A stretch of DNA of 64,000 nt from Carpediemonas membranifera BICM (Eukaryota > Protista > Fornicata), in NCBI GenBank assembly GCA_019828565.1, contig JAHDYR010000025.1:960509-1024508 (forward strand). Direction: 5' to 3'. This document shows positions 22,295 to 34,255 of the stretch, in pieces. Under the pieces are notes generated by a model. That model was not told the DNA's origin, did not search any database, and was given only the letters and a program-made list of their open reading frames with translations. Made by a program: the position numbers and the translations under genes. The first letter of the stretch is position 1. Every line of letters begins with the position of its first letter.

Positions 22295-24454
22295 CTAATC
22301 GAACCCCAGATACGCTCTGAGGCAATCCTCCGTCTTTGCCACCAAATCCGCCGCATAAAATGCTACCAGCCGCCCGAGCACCTCCACCGGCATCTCCGCC
22401 TTTGTATTAGGGAATCCGGGCGCGCACTTCCCGTCACTCCTCAGCACAGGCAGAGTCAGCATTTCCCCGTGGTGACGGTTCCAGTCTCGCGCCCGGTCGT
22501 TGAACGCCAGGAGCTTGGCTCCGCTGAGACTACCAGTGTTTCCTGTTGGGATCAGAGCCTCGATTGCCCGCATGCGGGAGTCTGGGCCATCATGGAAGGT
22601 GTGCTGGCGCCTGTGACCGGGGTTACCTGGCCGGGTGTGCTCCTTGGATTCCTTGGACCGCCTCGGGTTGGTGCGGAGCTTGGGTTGGGGGGTTTGGGCG
22701 ATCTCAGGCGTGAGTGTGGGGTCGGTTCGCGTGTTTTCGATCACAGCGGGCTTCTCAGTCTGCTCGGTCTCGTCCCTTGGCAAGGTGGTGACGTTACATT
22801 CCCCACCACCCGCCGCCGCCTTCTCATGCTCCTCCTGGGCCCGAGAGGGTACTGGCGGTGCGGGTCCACAAGACTTGCTACACGCGGGGCTCGAACCCTC
22901 GCTCTTCGCCCCACGCCCTTCGTCTACCAACCCGACTGGAGGACCCATGACCTCCAACCTAATTTCCCTGCTATCCCTCTTCTCGCCGAGCTCAGCCAGC
23001 AGTCTAGGGGACATTGGGCTCTCAGCAATGGTGCTCATGCTCGCACTTCTGCTGCGAGGTGTGACAACTGCGCCCAAGCCAGCATAGGGCGACTGCCCAA
23101 TGATCGACCTGGTACCATGGGCCGTGAGGTCGAGTCTGGTGCTCACAGTAGAGGTCGAGGCCCCATGGGCGGCGAAGGTTGAGGTTGAGACTGTCCTGAT
23201 GTCTTCAAAAGCGGCCTTCGCAGCGAGGGGGGTCTGCCCGACCAGGCCTGGATCACAGTCGTCCTCTACCCAGGGCCGGAGCAGGCGTGTCTTTTCGTCC
23301 GAGCAGATGAAGACTCCCGCGGCCATGAGGCTGAGATACTCGTGGGAAAAGTAGTACGACTGGCCGACAAACGGGTGGAAGAGAGTCAACGTGCCGCCGC
23401 ACAGTTCGCACGTGGCCTGTTTCGATCGGGTGAACAGCGACTGGCATTCTCTGCATCGGAAAGAGTTCAGGTCCCTGGGGAAGGTGTAGTGGGAGAGCTT
23501 CCCGTCCACAACCACCGGTGACAGACGCAGGTTAAGTACCGTGCCCTCCTCGTAGCCCTGGCACGCGGAGGTGACTACCCGGATCGGATCAGGGTGGCCA
23601 ATGGACCTGAGCCCGTCAATGACGGCGTCAAGGGTGATCATATCTGCCTCAGAGTCGAGTGAAGTCACGTCAGTGATGGCGTTGGGTGGGGTGCGTGGAA
23701 TGCGGGCAGTTATGGCCCTAATGACGGTGGGCATGGTGTGAGCCGTGTAATGCTGCGACCAGTTGACTCGGAAGTGAGCTACCGCGCCGATGGAGCGTGC
23801 AGTCGCCGTCGCCTCTTCCCAGGAGACGTAGTTCGGTGCCCTCGACAACGTAGAGTGAGTGAACGTCGAGTCGAGGTATCTTCTGTTGTCATTGAAGAGG
23901 GGATGTCCAAGGGGGTCATGCACGCCGACAAGTATCAAGGGCATGTCTGTGCGCCTGCTTTTGGTCATGAGACAGAGCGTGGAGAGGCGGCGGTACCACA
24001 TGTCGCGACAGGACTGGAGCGAGGCCTTGGAGCGTGTAGAGTAGAGCATGATTACTGCTGAAGCGTAGTTGAGAGAAAGGCCGAGAACTGCATCCCATTC
24101 TGGATCCTCTTGACCTGTAGTATCGATCAGTTCAACGGAGAAATCACGCCCATCGATACAGTGGAAGCTGCTGCTGTTGGTGGAGAGTGAAGGTCCCTCA
24201 GAGCGGAGCTCAATCTCAGGATTCGCGATAAAGTTGATGAAGCTTGTCTTGTTGGTGCATTCGTCGCCAACTACCACGATCGATAGGTCATAAACCATCG
24301 TATCGCCGCGGACAGGACGATTGCAAGAGAACGCAGAATAGAGACGACTGTGGGCGACTCCGCACACAATGGGCCAAGGCGGCTGAGGTGTCATGCGCAC
24401 CATGTCTGGCCATCGCGGGGCAAGTGTTGAGCTTCTTTCAATTTTTGATGTCAT
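22295..24454 (-). CDS. Divergent Rho-like GTPase domain + CxxC zinc ribbon + Mug135-C-like tail
   Basis: IVVVGDECTNKTS (degenerate G1), DTTGQE (G3), CREC...CELC, C-terminal NDRARDWN...LPVL...G...FPNT...LVAFY...LRAYLG. Start may be later (MVYDL). Confidence 0.65.
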   Translation of the reverse strand: MTSKIERSSTLAPRWPDMVRMTPQPPWPIVCGVAHSRLYSAFSCNRPVRGDTMVYDLSIVVVGDECTNKTSFINFIANPEIELRSEGPSLSTNSSSFHCIDGRDFSVELIDTTGQEDPEWDAVLGLSLNYASAVIMLYSTRSKASLQSCRDMWYRRLSTLCLMTKSRRTDMPLILVGVHDPLGHPLFNDNRRYLDSTFTHSTLSRAPNYVSWEEATATARSIGAVAHFRVNWSQHYTAHTMPTVIRAITARIPRTPPNAITDVTSLDSEADMITLDAVIDGLRSIGHPDPIRVVTSACQGYEEGTVLNLRLSPVVVDGKLSHYTFPRDLNSFRCRECQSLFTRSKQATCELCGGTLTLFHPFVGQSYYFSHEYLSLMAAGVFICSDEKTRLLRPWVEDDCDPGLVGQTPLAAKAAFEDIRTVSTSTFAAHGASTSTVSTRLDLTAHGTRSIIGQSPYAGLGAVVTPRSRSASMSTIAESPMSPRLLAELGEKRDSREIRLEVMGPPVGLVDEGRGAKSEGSSPACSKSCGPAPPVPSRAQEEHEKAAAGGGECNVTTLPRDETEQTEKPAVIENTRTDPTLTPEIAQTPQPKLRTNPRRSKESKEHTRPGNPGHRRQHTFHDGPDSRMRAIEALIPTGNTGSLSGAKLLAFNDRARDWNRHHGEMLTLPVLRSDGKCAPGFPNTKAEMPVEVLGRLVAFYAADLVAKTEDCLRAYLGFD

Positions 24455-24956
24455 TCCGATTTCAAAGATCAGATCGTACTTTTGAATTGAGAAGAATCTT
24501 GCTTATGGCACAGGATCTCCCGTGCCCTGGGGAATGGAAGCGTCCATTTTCTCGAGCCAAGGTGGACTTTTCGTGTTGTGTGTCTCCGGTCGCACAGTTT
24601 CTGACCCAAGTTGTGGAGTAATCAATTGATTAACACCCTTTTGCTTTAAGCCAACGCCACAAAGTAGGGTTAAATCGCCACAAGGAAATGATCTCCTAGA
24701 TCTGGGTTGGGCCGAGATAATGCAGCAGTAGTGTCAACAAGCCCAAGTTATTCGTCTGCCTAGCACTTGGTTGCGAATGAACTAACTCGCCGTCGAGTCG
24801 GGCAACAACATGGAGCGGCGTACCAAGCGCTCAAAGCATTCGTGTTGGAATAGATATAAGGATAGCACCCGCCCTGCAAACTATTGTCGACCAGTGGGCC
24901 AGCTTGAGCGAGTGATAAATGATTAAGAGACTTGGGGTGGGGTTGGCTGTCACTAT

Positions 24957-26102
24957 TTATGTCCCATACGGGTCGATGTCGACGGGAATGATGTCTTCCC
25001 ACGACTCGGGCGTCTCGCACTCGACTGGCTCAGCCACCCCATCTGACCCACCCACCATTTCAAACCACTGGCCGGTGGAGTCGCGGAATGAGAGGACCCA
25101 GCTGCCGCTAACCCGTCTTCTACCAAGAGCGGTTGCCTCAAAGAGCACACAGTACTGTTTGTCACGGTTGCGCAGATGAGTGCGGCCCTCAGTGACCCAG
25201 GCGAGAGTCGTGTCATCAGACTGGAACCCCTTGACCTTCTCTCGGAACCGGAGCGGGGTGGCTGTGATGCAGAAGTCATCCTCACTGTACCCAGACAGCA
25301 GGCCCGACTGGGCGATAGGACGGGGAACTTCGCCGGCGAACAGCAGCTGGCGGCCGCTGAGGAAGACGTTGAAGAATAATTCAAAGGCTATGATCCGGTC
25401 GACCCTGAATGGCAGCTCCTCGAAGCCGGTCATCTCGTTCTCGTGACCGAGTCCCAGCCGGCCATTCTCGTTCCATCCGCCGATCACCTGCCGATCGCCC
25501 ATTGACAGGATAACAGTGTAGAATGAATCCACGATGTGATCTGCGACAAAGCCAGTGGGTACGGCGACTGGGTGGAAGAGGTGCCTGTTCTCGTCCTCGA
25601 CTGTGCCGACAAACGCTTTCGCATCCGCACCAGCCATGACAGTGCCGACCGGAGTGAAGATGAACGTTCGAGCTCTTATCAGCGACACATCGGTCACCAT
25701 CCTGTGCTTCTCCCAGGGGGGCAGGCTGGCCTCGTGCTCGGCGACCTTGGGCAGGCGGGGAAGGTGAGGCGGGTCGGGTCGACGAACCCAGATGACTTGA
25801 ACCCCAGCTGACCATATCCGCTATCACCCCAGCCCCACAGACCCTTGGGTGTCCTGGCGATGTGTGTGATCTCGTTGCTGTAGATCTCGAGGGCCCTGGG
25901 CATCCTGGCCCTGGTGAGGGCGGCGTGATAGTCAGTGTCGAGCATGAAGAGTCGGCCCATGTACATGAGGTGGTGGTAGCATCTGTCGGGCACAGGGCGC
26001 TGATAGCTCTCGCCGTCCTTCTCGGCGACGTTCAGCGAGAAGAAGAACTTGCGGCAGAGGAACCAGAGGCACTTGGCCTCGGGCGTGAGAGCGTTTTCGG
26101 AT
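24957..26102 (-). pseudogene. RCC1-like family copy R6 (5'-truncated, frameshifted)
   Basis: Same 5' junction as R2; 1-nt deletion at 25749..25751; complete C-terminus DIDPYGT. Confidence 0.85.
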
Positions 26103-26357
26103 GAGCAGCGGGGCCGACAAGCGGGCCAGCTTGAGCGAGTGATAAATGATTAAGAGACTTGGGGTGGGGTTGGCTGTCACTATTTATGAACCATACGGGT
26201 CGATGTCGACGGGAATGATGTCTTCCCACGACTCGGGCGTCTCGCACTCGACTGGCTCAGCGCCAGCCTCGGATACCCTGAACAACTGGCCAGTAGCGTC
26301 GCGGAATGAGCTGAAGGCTTCATCTTCTTGAGTTGTGATACCAACTGCCATCGCCTC

Positions 26358-26459
26358 TGTTGGTTCATCAATAGATTATTTAATAGTCTTGAGTCGTCCA
26401 GCTCGACACATGGGTGTCGAGCTCTATTCTTTGTAAAGCTTTGTTCTCACGAACCCACA
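26358..26459 (+). repeat. 5' LTR of Gypsy-A
   Basis: Direct repeat of 32394..32495; contains hairpin AGCTCGACAC-ATGG-GTGTCGAGCT. Confidence 0.97.
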
Positions 26460-26474
26460 GTAACGTTACTTACA

Positions 26475-29400
26475 ATGACTGAGGACAAGGGTCCGTTATG
26501 TACTCAACCAGAGATTAATGCTCTGCTTTCGTTTAAGGAGAAACTCGATCGCCATGTCCGAACGGGCGGAAAACGCCGACTTATCAAGCGTTTGGGTCCG
26601 GCTGTCACCTCATACTGTGCAGCAGTTGGTGTAGACGTAGCCAAGACGTACAAGAGCGCGAAGCACAACACAGTGACGGGCGAGAAGCGTAAGAAACATG
26701 AGAGAGAGGACCTCGTTTTCAGAGCGATTGCTAACGCAATTAAGCCCACTGATCCGATCCTAGAGCGCCGTCTTTTCCAGCTAACGACCCAGGGTATTGA
26801 CGTGGGACGTCTCTCACTCTATGCCGACAGATTCATCAGCCGCAAGGCCGTCTTGGCTCCCTCTTTCTCCGACGCCGTGATGCGCAGCATGTTCGTGAAG
26901 GGAATCCAGGACGAGGACCTCCGTAGGGAGGTCAAGGAGGCGGCTACAGGGCTTGACCTTAACAGCACCATCCAGGTCGCTCTCCAGACGTGCAAGCGTC
27001 TCCAAGAGGCTGCGATGATTACTTCCAGGACCATCAAGTCCGATTCTCAGCCTCGAAACCGCCCTCCTAAGGACCAGCGCGCAAGCCATTCTCGAGGTCT
27101 GCGCCGACAGGGCGGCCCGCCTCACCCGGGTGAGCACCAGTCTCATGGCAAGCACCAGTACCGGGGAGCCCAGTCTGAAATGCAGAGAAGTCAGCAGACC
27201 GGCTCAAGCACCGATCATCAGAGCACCAGCCGTACCATCGTGTGCTACAACTGCGGCAAGTCCGGTCACACATCGCGCCAGTGTCGGAACCCGAAGACTG
27301 TCTGCAGCAAGTGCGGTAAGCAGGGACATCAAGACAAGTTCTGTCGGGGTACTTCAGTAAACCCCCAGGCTTGTTCATCCTTTTCTCGTGCACCCGCTCA
27401 TGTCCTGACATCGTTGAGTCAGACACACAGCAACGCGCTCCCGATAGTAACAGCAGAGGTTCCGGTCGGTAATGATCACAGTGTGCAATGGGAGCGTGTA
27501 CTTTTCGACTGCGGGGCGGATATTTGCTTGGTGAACCCCCAGTCGGCAACCGCTGCTGAACTTATTCCGACGAAGCTCAGTCAACCTATCGTCATCAAGA
27601 CTCCAGGGGGATCTATTGAGTCCGACGTTTGCTATGAGATTCCCCTTCTCATGCATAAGTCACCTTTCACTCCAAAGGCACTGTCGACTACTGTCGCCGC
27701 ATACGGAGTTGAATGCATCTACGACCTTCTATTGTCGTACCCAACGATGGTTGAGTGGGGCATCCTGCCCAGTGTCGCGGAATCTCAAGCGAGCCGGGAC
27801 TCTGACGATATGGAACCGTCCGTCCCCCCAATGGACGCGATGCAGTCCTACACTATGTCAACAGATTTTACAGCGATGCATGCGCGAATCATCGCCAAGT
27901 TCAGCCGTTGCTTCGAGGAGCGTGAGGGGTTTTCTGCCTTAGAGCCTTATGACCTGATCTTGAAGGAGGACCGAGTAGTAGCGTCCAGGTCAAATTACAT
28001 CCCCTCACCAGAAGCAGGGTCTGTTTGATGAGCACGTCCGGGAGCTGTTAGCCAAGAAGTATATTGAGGCGAGTTTCTCTCCGTACTCGTCCCCAGCTCT
28101 CCTCGTCCCGAAGGGCCGAGACAGAACTCGTATGGTTGTCGATTTCAGAAGGATCAACGACCTGACTGAGCCGTTTGATTACCCGATCCCAGAGGTTCAA
28201 GCGTGCCTCGCACGGTTGGCAGGAGCTAAGATCTTCGCCACGATTGACCTTTCGAAGGGTTATCATCAAGTCAAGTTGTCCGAAAGGTCGAGACAATACA
28301 CTGCGTTCCAGACCCCACGAGGCAAGTTCCAGTATACGGGCATGCCGTTTGGATTGAAAAACGCTGGGGCGCATTTCCAGTTTGCAATTGAACGGGGATT
28401 CCACGATCTACTTGGTACCGCGTGTATCATATATATTGACGACATTATAATTTTCGGCCGCACAGAGCAAGAGTACTTGTCCAACTTGAACAAGGTGTTG
28501 GCGAGGGCCGAAGAGTTGAAACTCAGCCTCAACAAGGAGAAGTCACACTTTGGACTCGCAGAAGTCGAGTTCTTAGGCTGGGTGGTGTCGGGTACAGGAT
28601 TTAGAATGGCGCCAGACCGCATTCGGGATGTTGAGACGCTGCGTGTCCCGAAGACGAAGAAGGCCGCTCAAGCCCTAATGGGATTCTTGAACTTCATGAG
28701 AGATTTTTGTGCCAGGTTTTTCGAGGATCGTGCACCCTTTAGCTCAAGCCGCGTGTGGCAAGGCACCTCCCGACGGCAGCGATCAGGTCGAGGCTTTGGC
28801 GCAGGTCAAAGATCTGCTGTGTCAGGCTCCCGCCCTCGAACACTTCGATGTTACCCGTGAGCACGTCGTCATGACTGACGCGTCAGACCTTGGAATTGGC
28901 GGAGTGTTGCTACAAGACGGTAAGCCGGTGTCATACATGTCCAAGTCTTTCAACGATGTGCAGACGAGATGGAGCACAATTGAACAGGAGGCGTATGCAA
29001 TCGTTTCCGCGTTGCAGAGGTGGCGCAGGTTCTTGTGTTGGACACCATTCACATTGCTGACTGATCATCGCAATCTTGTGTTTATGTCGCGTTCTTCCAA
29101 CTCCAAGGTTCAACGGTGGTACGAATCAATATCTGATCTTGATTTCACGATCAAACATGTGGCCGGAGTGGATAACAGTGCAGCCGATGGTCTCAGTCGC
29201 GTGTTTGCGGCATCGGCAGATCGGTTGCCAGTGGCGTCTGAGACGGAGATAGCTGAGGCACACAGACACGGGCAAGCTCACCTGCCACTGCATACCACGA
29301 TACAATTCTTGAGGACACATGGCAAGAGGGCGCCCGTGGATCAGGTGGCGAGGGTGATCGACAGATGTCCGGTATGTCAACTCACAGCAAAACCAGCTGA

Positions 29401-30479
29401 AGCCGCCAGGGCATACTTACATACAGCCGGACTCAGGCCGTTCATGAAGGTAGCAATGGACACTATCGGTCCGTTGCCCGAGTCGCTCGGATACAAGTTC
29501 ATTTTTAGTAGTAGTCGATATGGCTTCGAGGTGGACCGAGCTCATTCCGCTGAAGACAACGAGAGCCGACGAAGCTGTCAGAGCATTTGCTGACCAGTGG
29601 ATACTCAGGTATGGAGTCCCTCGAGTCCTCCAAACAGACGGAGGCAAGCAGTTTGTCAACAAGCTGTTCAAGGACTTGTCCGTCCGAGTTGGCTTTTCAA
29701 TCCATACAACCACTCCATATCATCCACAGTCAAATGGAGTGGTCGAACGAGCGAACAGCAGAGTCGAGCGTATTCTGAGGGCGCGGCAGTACGAGCTGAG
29801 GTCGGAGCTGTGGTCGGAGTCGTTGCCAGTCGCACAGTACATTGTCAACGCGACACCACACTCAGCAACGCGTTTAACCCCAGCAGAGGTGATTTTTGGT
29901 AGTGATCTGCGCGTACCGGCCGACATGCTAATCGTCAAAGAACTGGGTGAGAAGGCGGTCAGCCAACCAGCGAGCAACGTAGCTGCTGCCAAACTCGCTC
30001 GAGAGCTCGCTGAAGCACGTATTAAGGCAATGCACGCTGACGCTCTCAGCAAGCTGCCCCCTCCTGAACCAATTACGTCTGAGTTTGTATTGGTCAAATA
30101 CCCGAATGGGCCACCATCAAAGTTGGCTGCAGGGTGGCGAGGCCCCATGCAACTGATCCAGCCTATCATGAGGAATGACTTTCCTGTTGGTTACTGGGTT
30201 AGAGATGTCAATACGAGGACCGAATTCCAGGTCGCGTCCGAGAGGGTCAGACCATTTTCAGGCGAGCTGTCCATGCAACATGCCCAAGAGCTAGCAGCAG
30301 TGACGATCGGCGAGTATGTCGTGGAGTCGATATACGAAGCAACGCATGAGCGCAGACTCAGCGATCGGCAGTTCCACGTCCGATGGGCAGGGTACGAGCC
30401 TTCGGAAGATACGTGGGAGCCGTACCAGAACGTTAAGGGATGCGAAGCGTTGGATATATATCTGGGGAAGGCCGAATAA
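26475..30479 (+). CDS. Gag-Pol polyprotein of Gypsy-A (three apparent 1-nt frameshifts)
   Basis: Two CCHC knuckles; PR LFDCGAD; RT YIDD; RNase H TDASDLGIGGVL; IN HHCC plus MDTIGP, TDGGKQF, VERAN; chromodomain FHVRWAGYEPSEDTWEP. Breaks near 28000, 28705 and 29503 each fall in a homopolymer run. Confidence 0.93.
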
Positions 30480-30504
30480 ATGGCCCCCAAGCATCAGAAA
30501 CTGT

Positions 30505-31626
30505 TTATTCGCAAGTGTCACAACGGACGTTACCATCGAGGGCAACGTCGTCGGCGAGGTAAGACTCGTAAGACAGATGCTCAGTGAGGAACTGGGCAAC
30601 GGCAGGGTGAGTCTGCATGCGCCGAGTAGCGATGGCAATGCTGCTCACATTGGGGCATTCCTCATAACTGACATGCAGGCGCAGAAGACCAGGGGCGTCA
30701 AAACGATAATGCCAAACACGCGAGACCGTGAAGGCTGCAGAAGTCATGTCTTGCAGAGTCAGCGACGGGGCGCGGTCAGCAGTAACCGGCATGAAGCCTG
30801 ACAGAAGACTGAACTCTGCGTCGTCGAAGGAAGCGCCGCTACGCATGCGAGCGAAGTACTGACGAGCGAACTCAGCGCAATCAGCGCGGGTGAGGATACC
30901 GAGGGCCTCTCCCATGTGCAGCACAAAATATAGGTTGACATCGTGGCCGAGCATGACAGCACGGAAGACATGAGGACGCATGGTGACGATGCTGAGGCCA
31001 GAGCGATTCTCGATCTCTTGCTTGAGCGCGTTCGGCACATACGCGCGTTTGTCTCGAACAGCAGTGAGGTAGGCTGAAACGATGGCAGCATCAGTCGAAT
31101 CGCGACGTATGGAGAGGTAAGCCGACATCGCCTGGAGTACGATAGCGTCACGGCAGAGATCAGCGCCGGCGTCATGCGAGTGCACTGCAGCGGAAGCGCG
31201 GGTGTAAGAGTGCAGCCGGTTGTCGGTGAGCAGCAGTAACTCAGTCCGGGGAGAGTTCCAGTAGTAGCTGACTGCCTGCCGGGTGACGAGTTCCACGTAG
31301 CCAGAGAGGGATGGCGGGGTGTCGTCCGACTCGGAGTCAGACTCATTGTCGGTTGGGTCAGGAGAAGCCGGAAGGTAGCGTAGGTCGACGGCGTTAACGC
31401 TCTCGCTGTCAGATGCAGAACTGGTTACGGCGCCAGCAAGTTCCTCTGGGACATTAGGGACGTTTTGGCGCCTAGGAGCACGTCGCGGCTGGTAAGGGGT
31501 GAACAGCTCGAGGTAGGAACCAGTTTCAGAGATATGGCGACGGAGGAGACGGCAAAATTGCATTCTCGAAGTGTTAGTCGTAAGACGATTTAGAATAGTT
31601 TCCACAGCGGCGTCGAAATCCCCCAT
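30505..31626 (-). CDS. Antisense accessory ORF inside Gypsy-A (373 aa, unknown function)
   Basis: ATG-initiated, uninterrupted, tail-to-tail with pol and within the LTR boundaries. Confidence 0.7.
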   Translation of the reverse strand: MGDFDAAVETILNRLTTNTSRMQFCRLLRRHISETGSYLELFTPYQPRRAPRRQNVPNVPEELAGAVTSSASDSESVNAVDLRYLPASPDPTDNESDSESDDTPPSLSGYVELVTRQAVSYYWNSPRTELLLLTDNRLHSYTRASAAVHSHDAGADLCRDAIVLQAMSAYLSIRRDSTDAAIVSAYLTAVRDKRAYVPNALKQEIENRSGLSIVTMRPHVFRAVMLGHDVNLYFVLHMGEALGILTRADCAEFARQYFARMRSGASFDDAEFSLLSGFMPVTADRAPSLTLQDMTSAAFTVSRVWHYRFDAPGLLRLHVSYEECPNVSSIAIATRRMQTHPAVAQFLTEHLSYESYLADDVALDGNVRCDTCE

Positions 31627-32393
31627 GAGCTGTGATCGTCTAGAAAGTCGACTTTCCAGAAAGCAAAAAATGCGAAATCGATGAAACGCAATGGTTACGC
31701 AACAATGCTGTTCAGAAGTGGAACATAGAGTTGTTTACATGGTGGAACTGATGTTGTTATTCAATATAGCCGCGTTTTCGGGATCCAAAAAGTGTTTCCG
31801 GCGGTGCAAAAACGAAAAAGTGCCATATCTCGCGAACGAGAAGGAATTGGAGCCTCTTAACCCGTTTTTTTGAACGCCGTGTAAGATTAGGCGGAATGTA
31901 ACCAACCTCTGGTAAGAATTGACATGGGGACATCGATGGCACCTAAAAGTGCGCCATTTGACCCTTTCAGAATCGTCGGGTATGTTTCAAAGACTTTCAA
32001 GAGGGGCAGGACCCCAGGTAAGGATACCCATAACATAGCGCGCTAATACAGTGGTACCACGCAAGATTTGATCAGATAATATTAGGTAATTTAGATTTGG
32101 TAGTGAGGTAAGCATATCTCAGAAACGTGACTGGACATCACGCCGGGCATAAGACACAGGGTTTTTATAGCCAGTCTGGTCAACGGGTATCCGGTGAACT
32201 CGAAAGTCCCGAGCTCACAACGGTTCAGGCAATAGGGCTTAGTCCATTGCCAACTCCGGCTCCATGGCGAGTCCCCATGGAAGCGACGGTTACTGGAGCT
32301 TGTATCTGGGCAATTCACCCGGACCAAGCACCTAGCACACCCTTCATAATAGTGTTGAGTTTTTTGATGCTCTACCGGAGCATGGGAGGGAAG

Positions 32394-32495
32394 TGTTGGT
32401 TCATCAATAGATTACTTAATAGTCTTGAGTCGTCCAGCTCGACACATGGGTGTCGAGCTCTATTCTTTGTAAAGCTTTGTTCTCACGAACCCACA
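32394..32495 (+). repeat. 3' LTR of Gypsy-A
   Basis: Preceded by PPT, followed by TSD CCTC. Confidence 0.97.
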
Positions 32496-32895
32496 CCTCA
32501 AAAGGCACGCTGTACTGGTTTTCTCCGTCGCATAGATGAGTGCGGCCCTCAGTGACCCAGATAAGATCATAGTCACAAAAGAATCCCTTGACTCTCTCTG
32601 GGAACCGGAGTTGGGTGGCTGTGAGGCACTTGTCGCCCTCGCTGTACCCAGGCAGCAGGCCCGACTGGGCGATAGGACGGGGAACTTCGCCGGCGAACAG
32701 CAGCTGGCGGTCGCAGAGGAAGACGTTAAAATCATCTTCAGGAGTCATGATCCGGTCGACCCTGAATGGCAAGTCGACGAATCCAGACATATCATTCTCA
32801 TGACCAAGTCCCAGCTGGCCTTTCCAGCTTTCTCCGCTGATCACCTGCCGATCGCCCATGGAGAGGATGACAGTCACTGCATGCAACGGACCCAC

Positions 32896-33019
32896 TGTGG
32901 TCTGTCAAGACTTAGAAGAACTTTTAGTAAAAGCAAAGAAGAGAGGGTTTGACCCTGCTGTGGTAAATATGGCAATAATAAATATATCAACTATGTAAAC
33001 AATGGGTAGGACCCTGACA
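32896..33019. mobile_element. Solo LTR (124 bp) of another family
   Basis: AT-rich TGT...ACA insert with TSD CCAC (32892..32895, 33020..33023); absent from the equivalent site in R9. Confidence 0.8.
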
Positions 33020-34255
33020 CCACATGCATGATGTGATCTGGGACAAAGCCACCGGGCACGGCGACTGGGTGGAAGAGGTGTTTGTTTTTCTCCCGCTCGA
33101 CCGGGTCGACAAACTTTTCTGAACTGCCACCAGCCATGACAGTGCCGACTGGGGTGAGTATGAACGTCTGCCATCTCTCCATCGACACATCGGTCACCAT
33201 CCTGTGCTTCTCCCAGGGGGGCAGGCTGGCCTCGTGCTCGGCGACCTTGGGGCAGTTGGGGAAGGTGAGGCGGGTCGGGTCGACGAACCCAGATGACTTG
33301 AACCCCAGCTGACCATATCCGCTATCACCCCAGCCCCACAGACCCTTGGGTGTCCTGGCGATGTGTGTGATCTCGTTGCTGTAGACCTCGAGGGCCCTGG
33401 GCATCCTGGCCCTGGTGAGGGCGGCGTGATAGTCAGTGTCGAGCATGAAGAGTCGGCCCATGTACATGAGGTGGTGGTAGCAATCGCCGTATACTGTGTA
33501 CTGATAGCTCTCGCCGTCCTTCTCGGCGACGTTCAGCGAAAAGAAGAACTTGCGGCAGAGGAACCAGAGGCACTTGGCCTCGGGGGTGAGAGCCTTGCGG
33601 ATTCTGTTATGCATCTCAATATCATCTGGCTCCTCCTCTCGTGCCTCCTCCAGCACCCTGTCCTCGAGGTCTGGGTTGGCCCCGCCGCCCAGCAGACACG
33701 CCCACACCGCGCCCTGGTTCAGCGTGTGCATGGCGATCGGGAGCTCCTCGCCGTCCGCGAGCTCGACGTTCATGGACAGCGGGGGGCCGCTGGTGAGGAT
33801 CGAGCGGGCGCGGTCGAGGAGGGCTTGCGCGGATGGTTCGAGAGGGGGGAGCTTGGAGAGCGTGGCGAGGAGGGATTCGAGAGAAGGGGCGCTCGTTGGT
33901 GTAACAGTGCTCTTGTTGTTGTGGATCGAGGGCATCTGCTCGCCGAAGTGCCTGGAGTAGGCGCATTGGATCAACGAGGGGATGTCCCCAGAGATGGAGG
34001 CCGTTTCGGTGAGCGAGGCGCGGAATACGGAGATAAGGGCATCTCTGATGGCCGATGGCGAGGAACTAGCGCTGCTCATGGCTTTCAGCGCTCAGTTCGG
34101 CGATGGCCAAATTCTGACTGCCGACTCGCCGACCACCGACGCCAGCTGCGGAGTCAACAGGAGATGAGGCATGACCATCGCCTGCACCGACATACACTGG
34201 ATGATTTACGAATTTGTCCACTCTTTGTGCACAATGTGTTGTCAAGATACCGACT

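Larger units (their letters stand above)
26358..32495 (+). mobile_element. Full-length Ty3/Gypsy chromovirus-type LTR retrotransposon (Gypsy-A)
   Basis: 102-bp TG...CA LTRs (101/102 identical); 4-bp TSD CCTC at 26354..26357 and 32496..32499; PPT GGGAGGGAAG at 32384..32393; domain order gag-PR-RT-RH-IN-chromo. Confidence 0.97.
26184..34079 (-). pseudogene. RCC1-like family copy R7, split by a Gypsy element and a solo LTR
   Basis: Segments 26184..26357, 32496..32895 and 33020..34079 rejoin to a continuous copy after removing both insertions and one copy of each TSD. Confidence 0.9.

Noticed and set aside
27990-28030. Programmed gag-pol frameshift
   Set aside because: The break lies after the protease in a C-run and is mirrored by two similar homopolymer breaks; more likely an error or mutation.
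32038-32068. tRNA-Gly 5'-half-like sequence containing palindrome GTGGTACCAC
   Set aside because: The D-stem does not pair and no T-arm or acceptor 3' strand follows.
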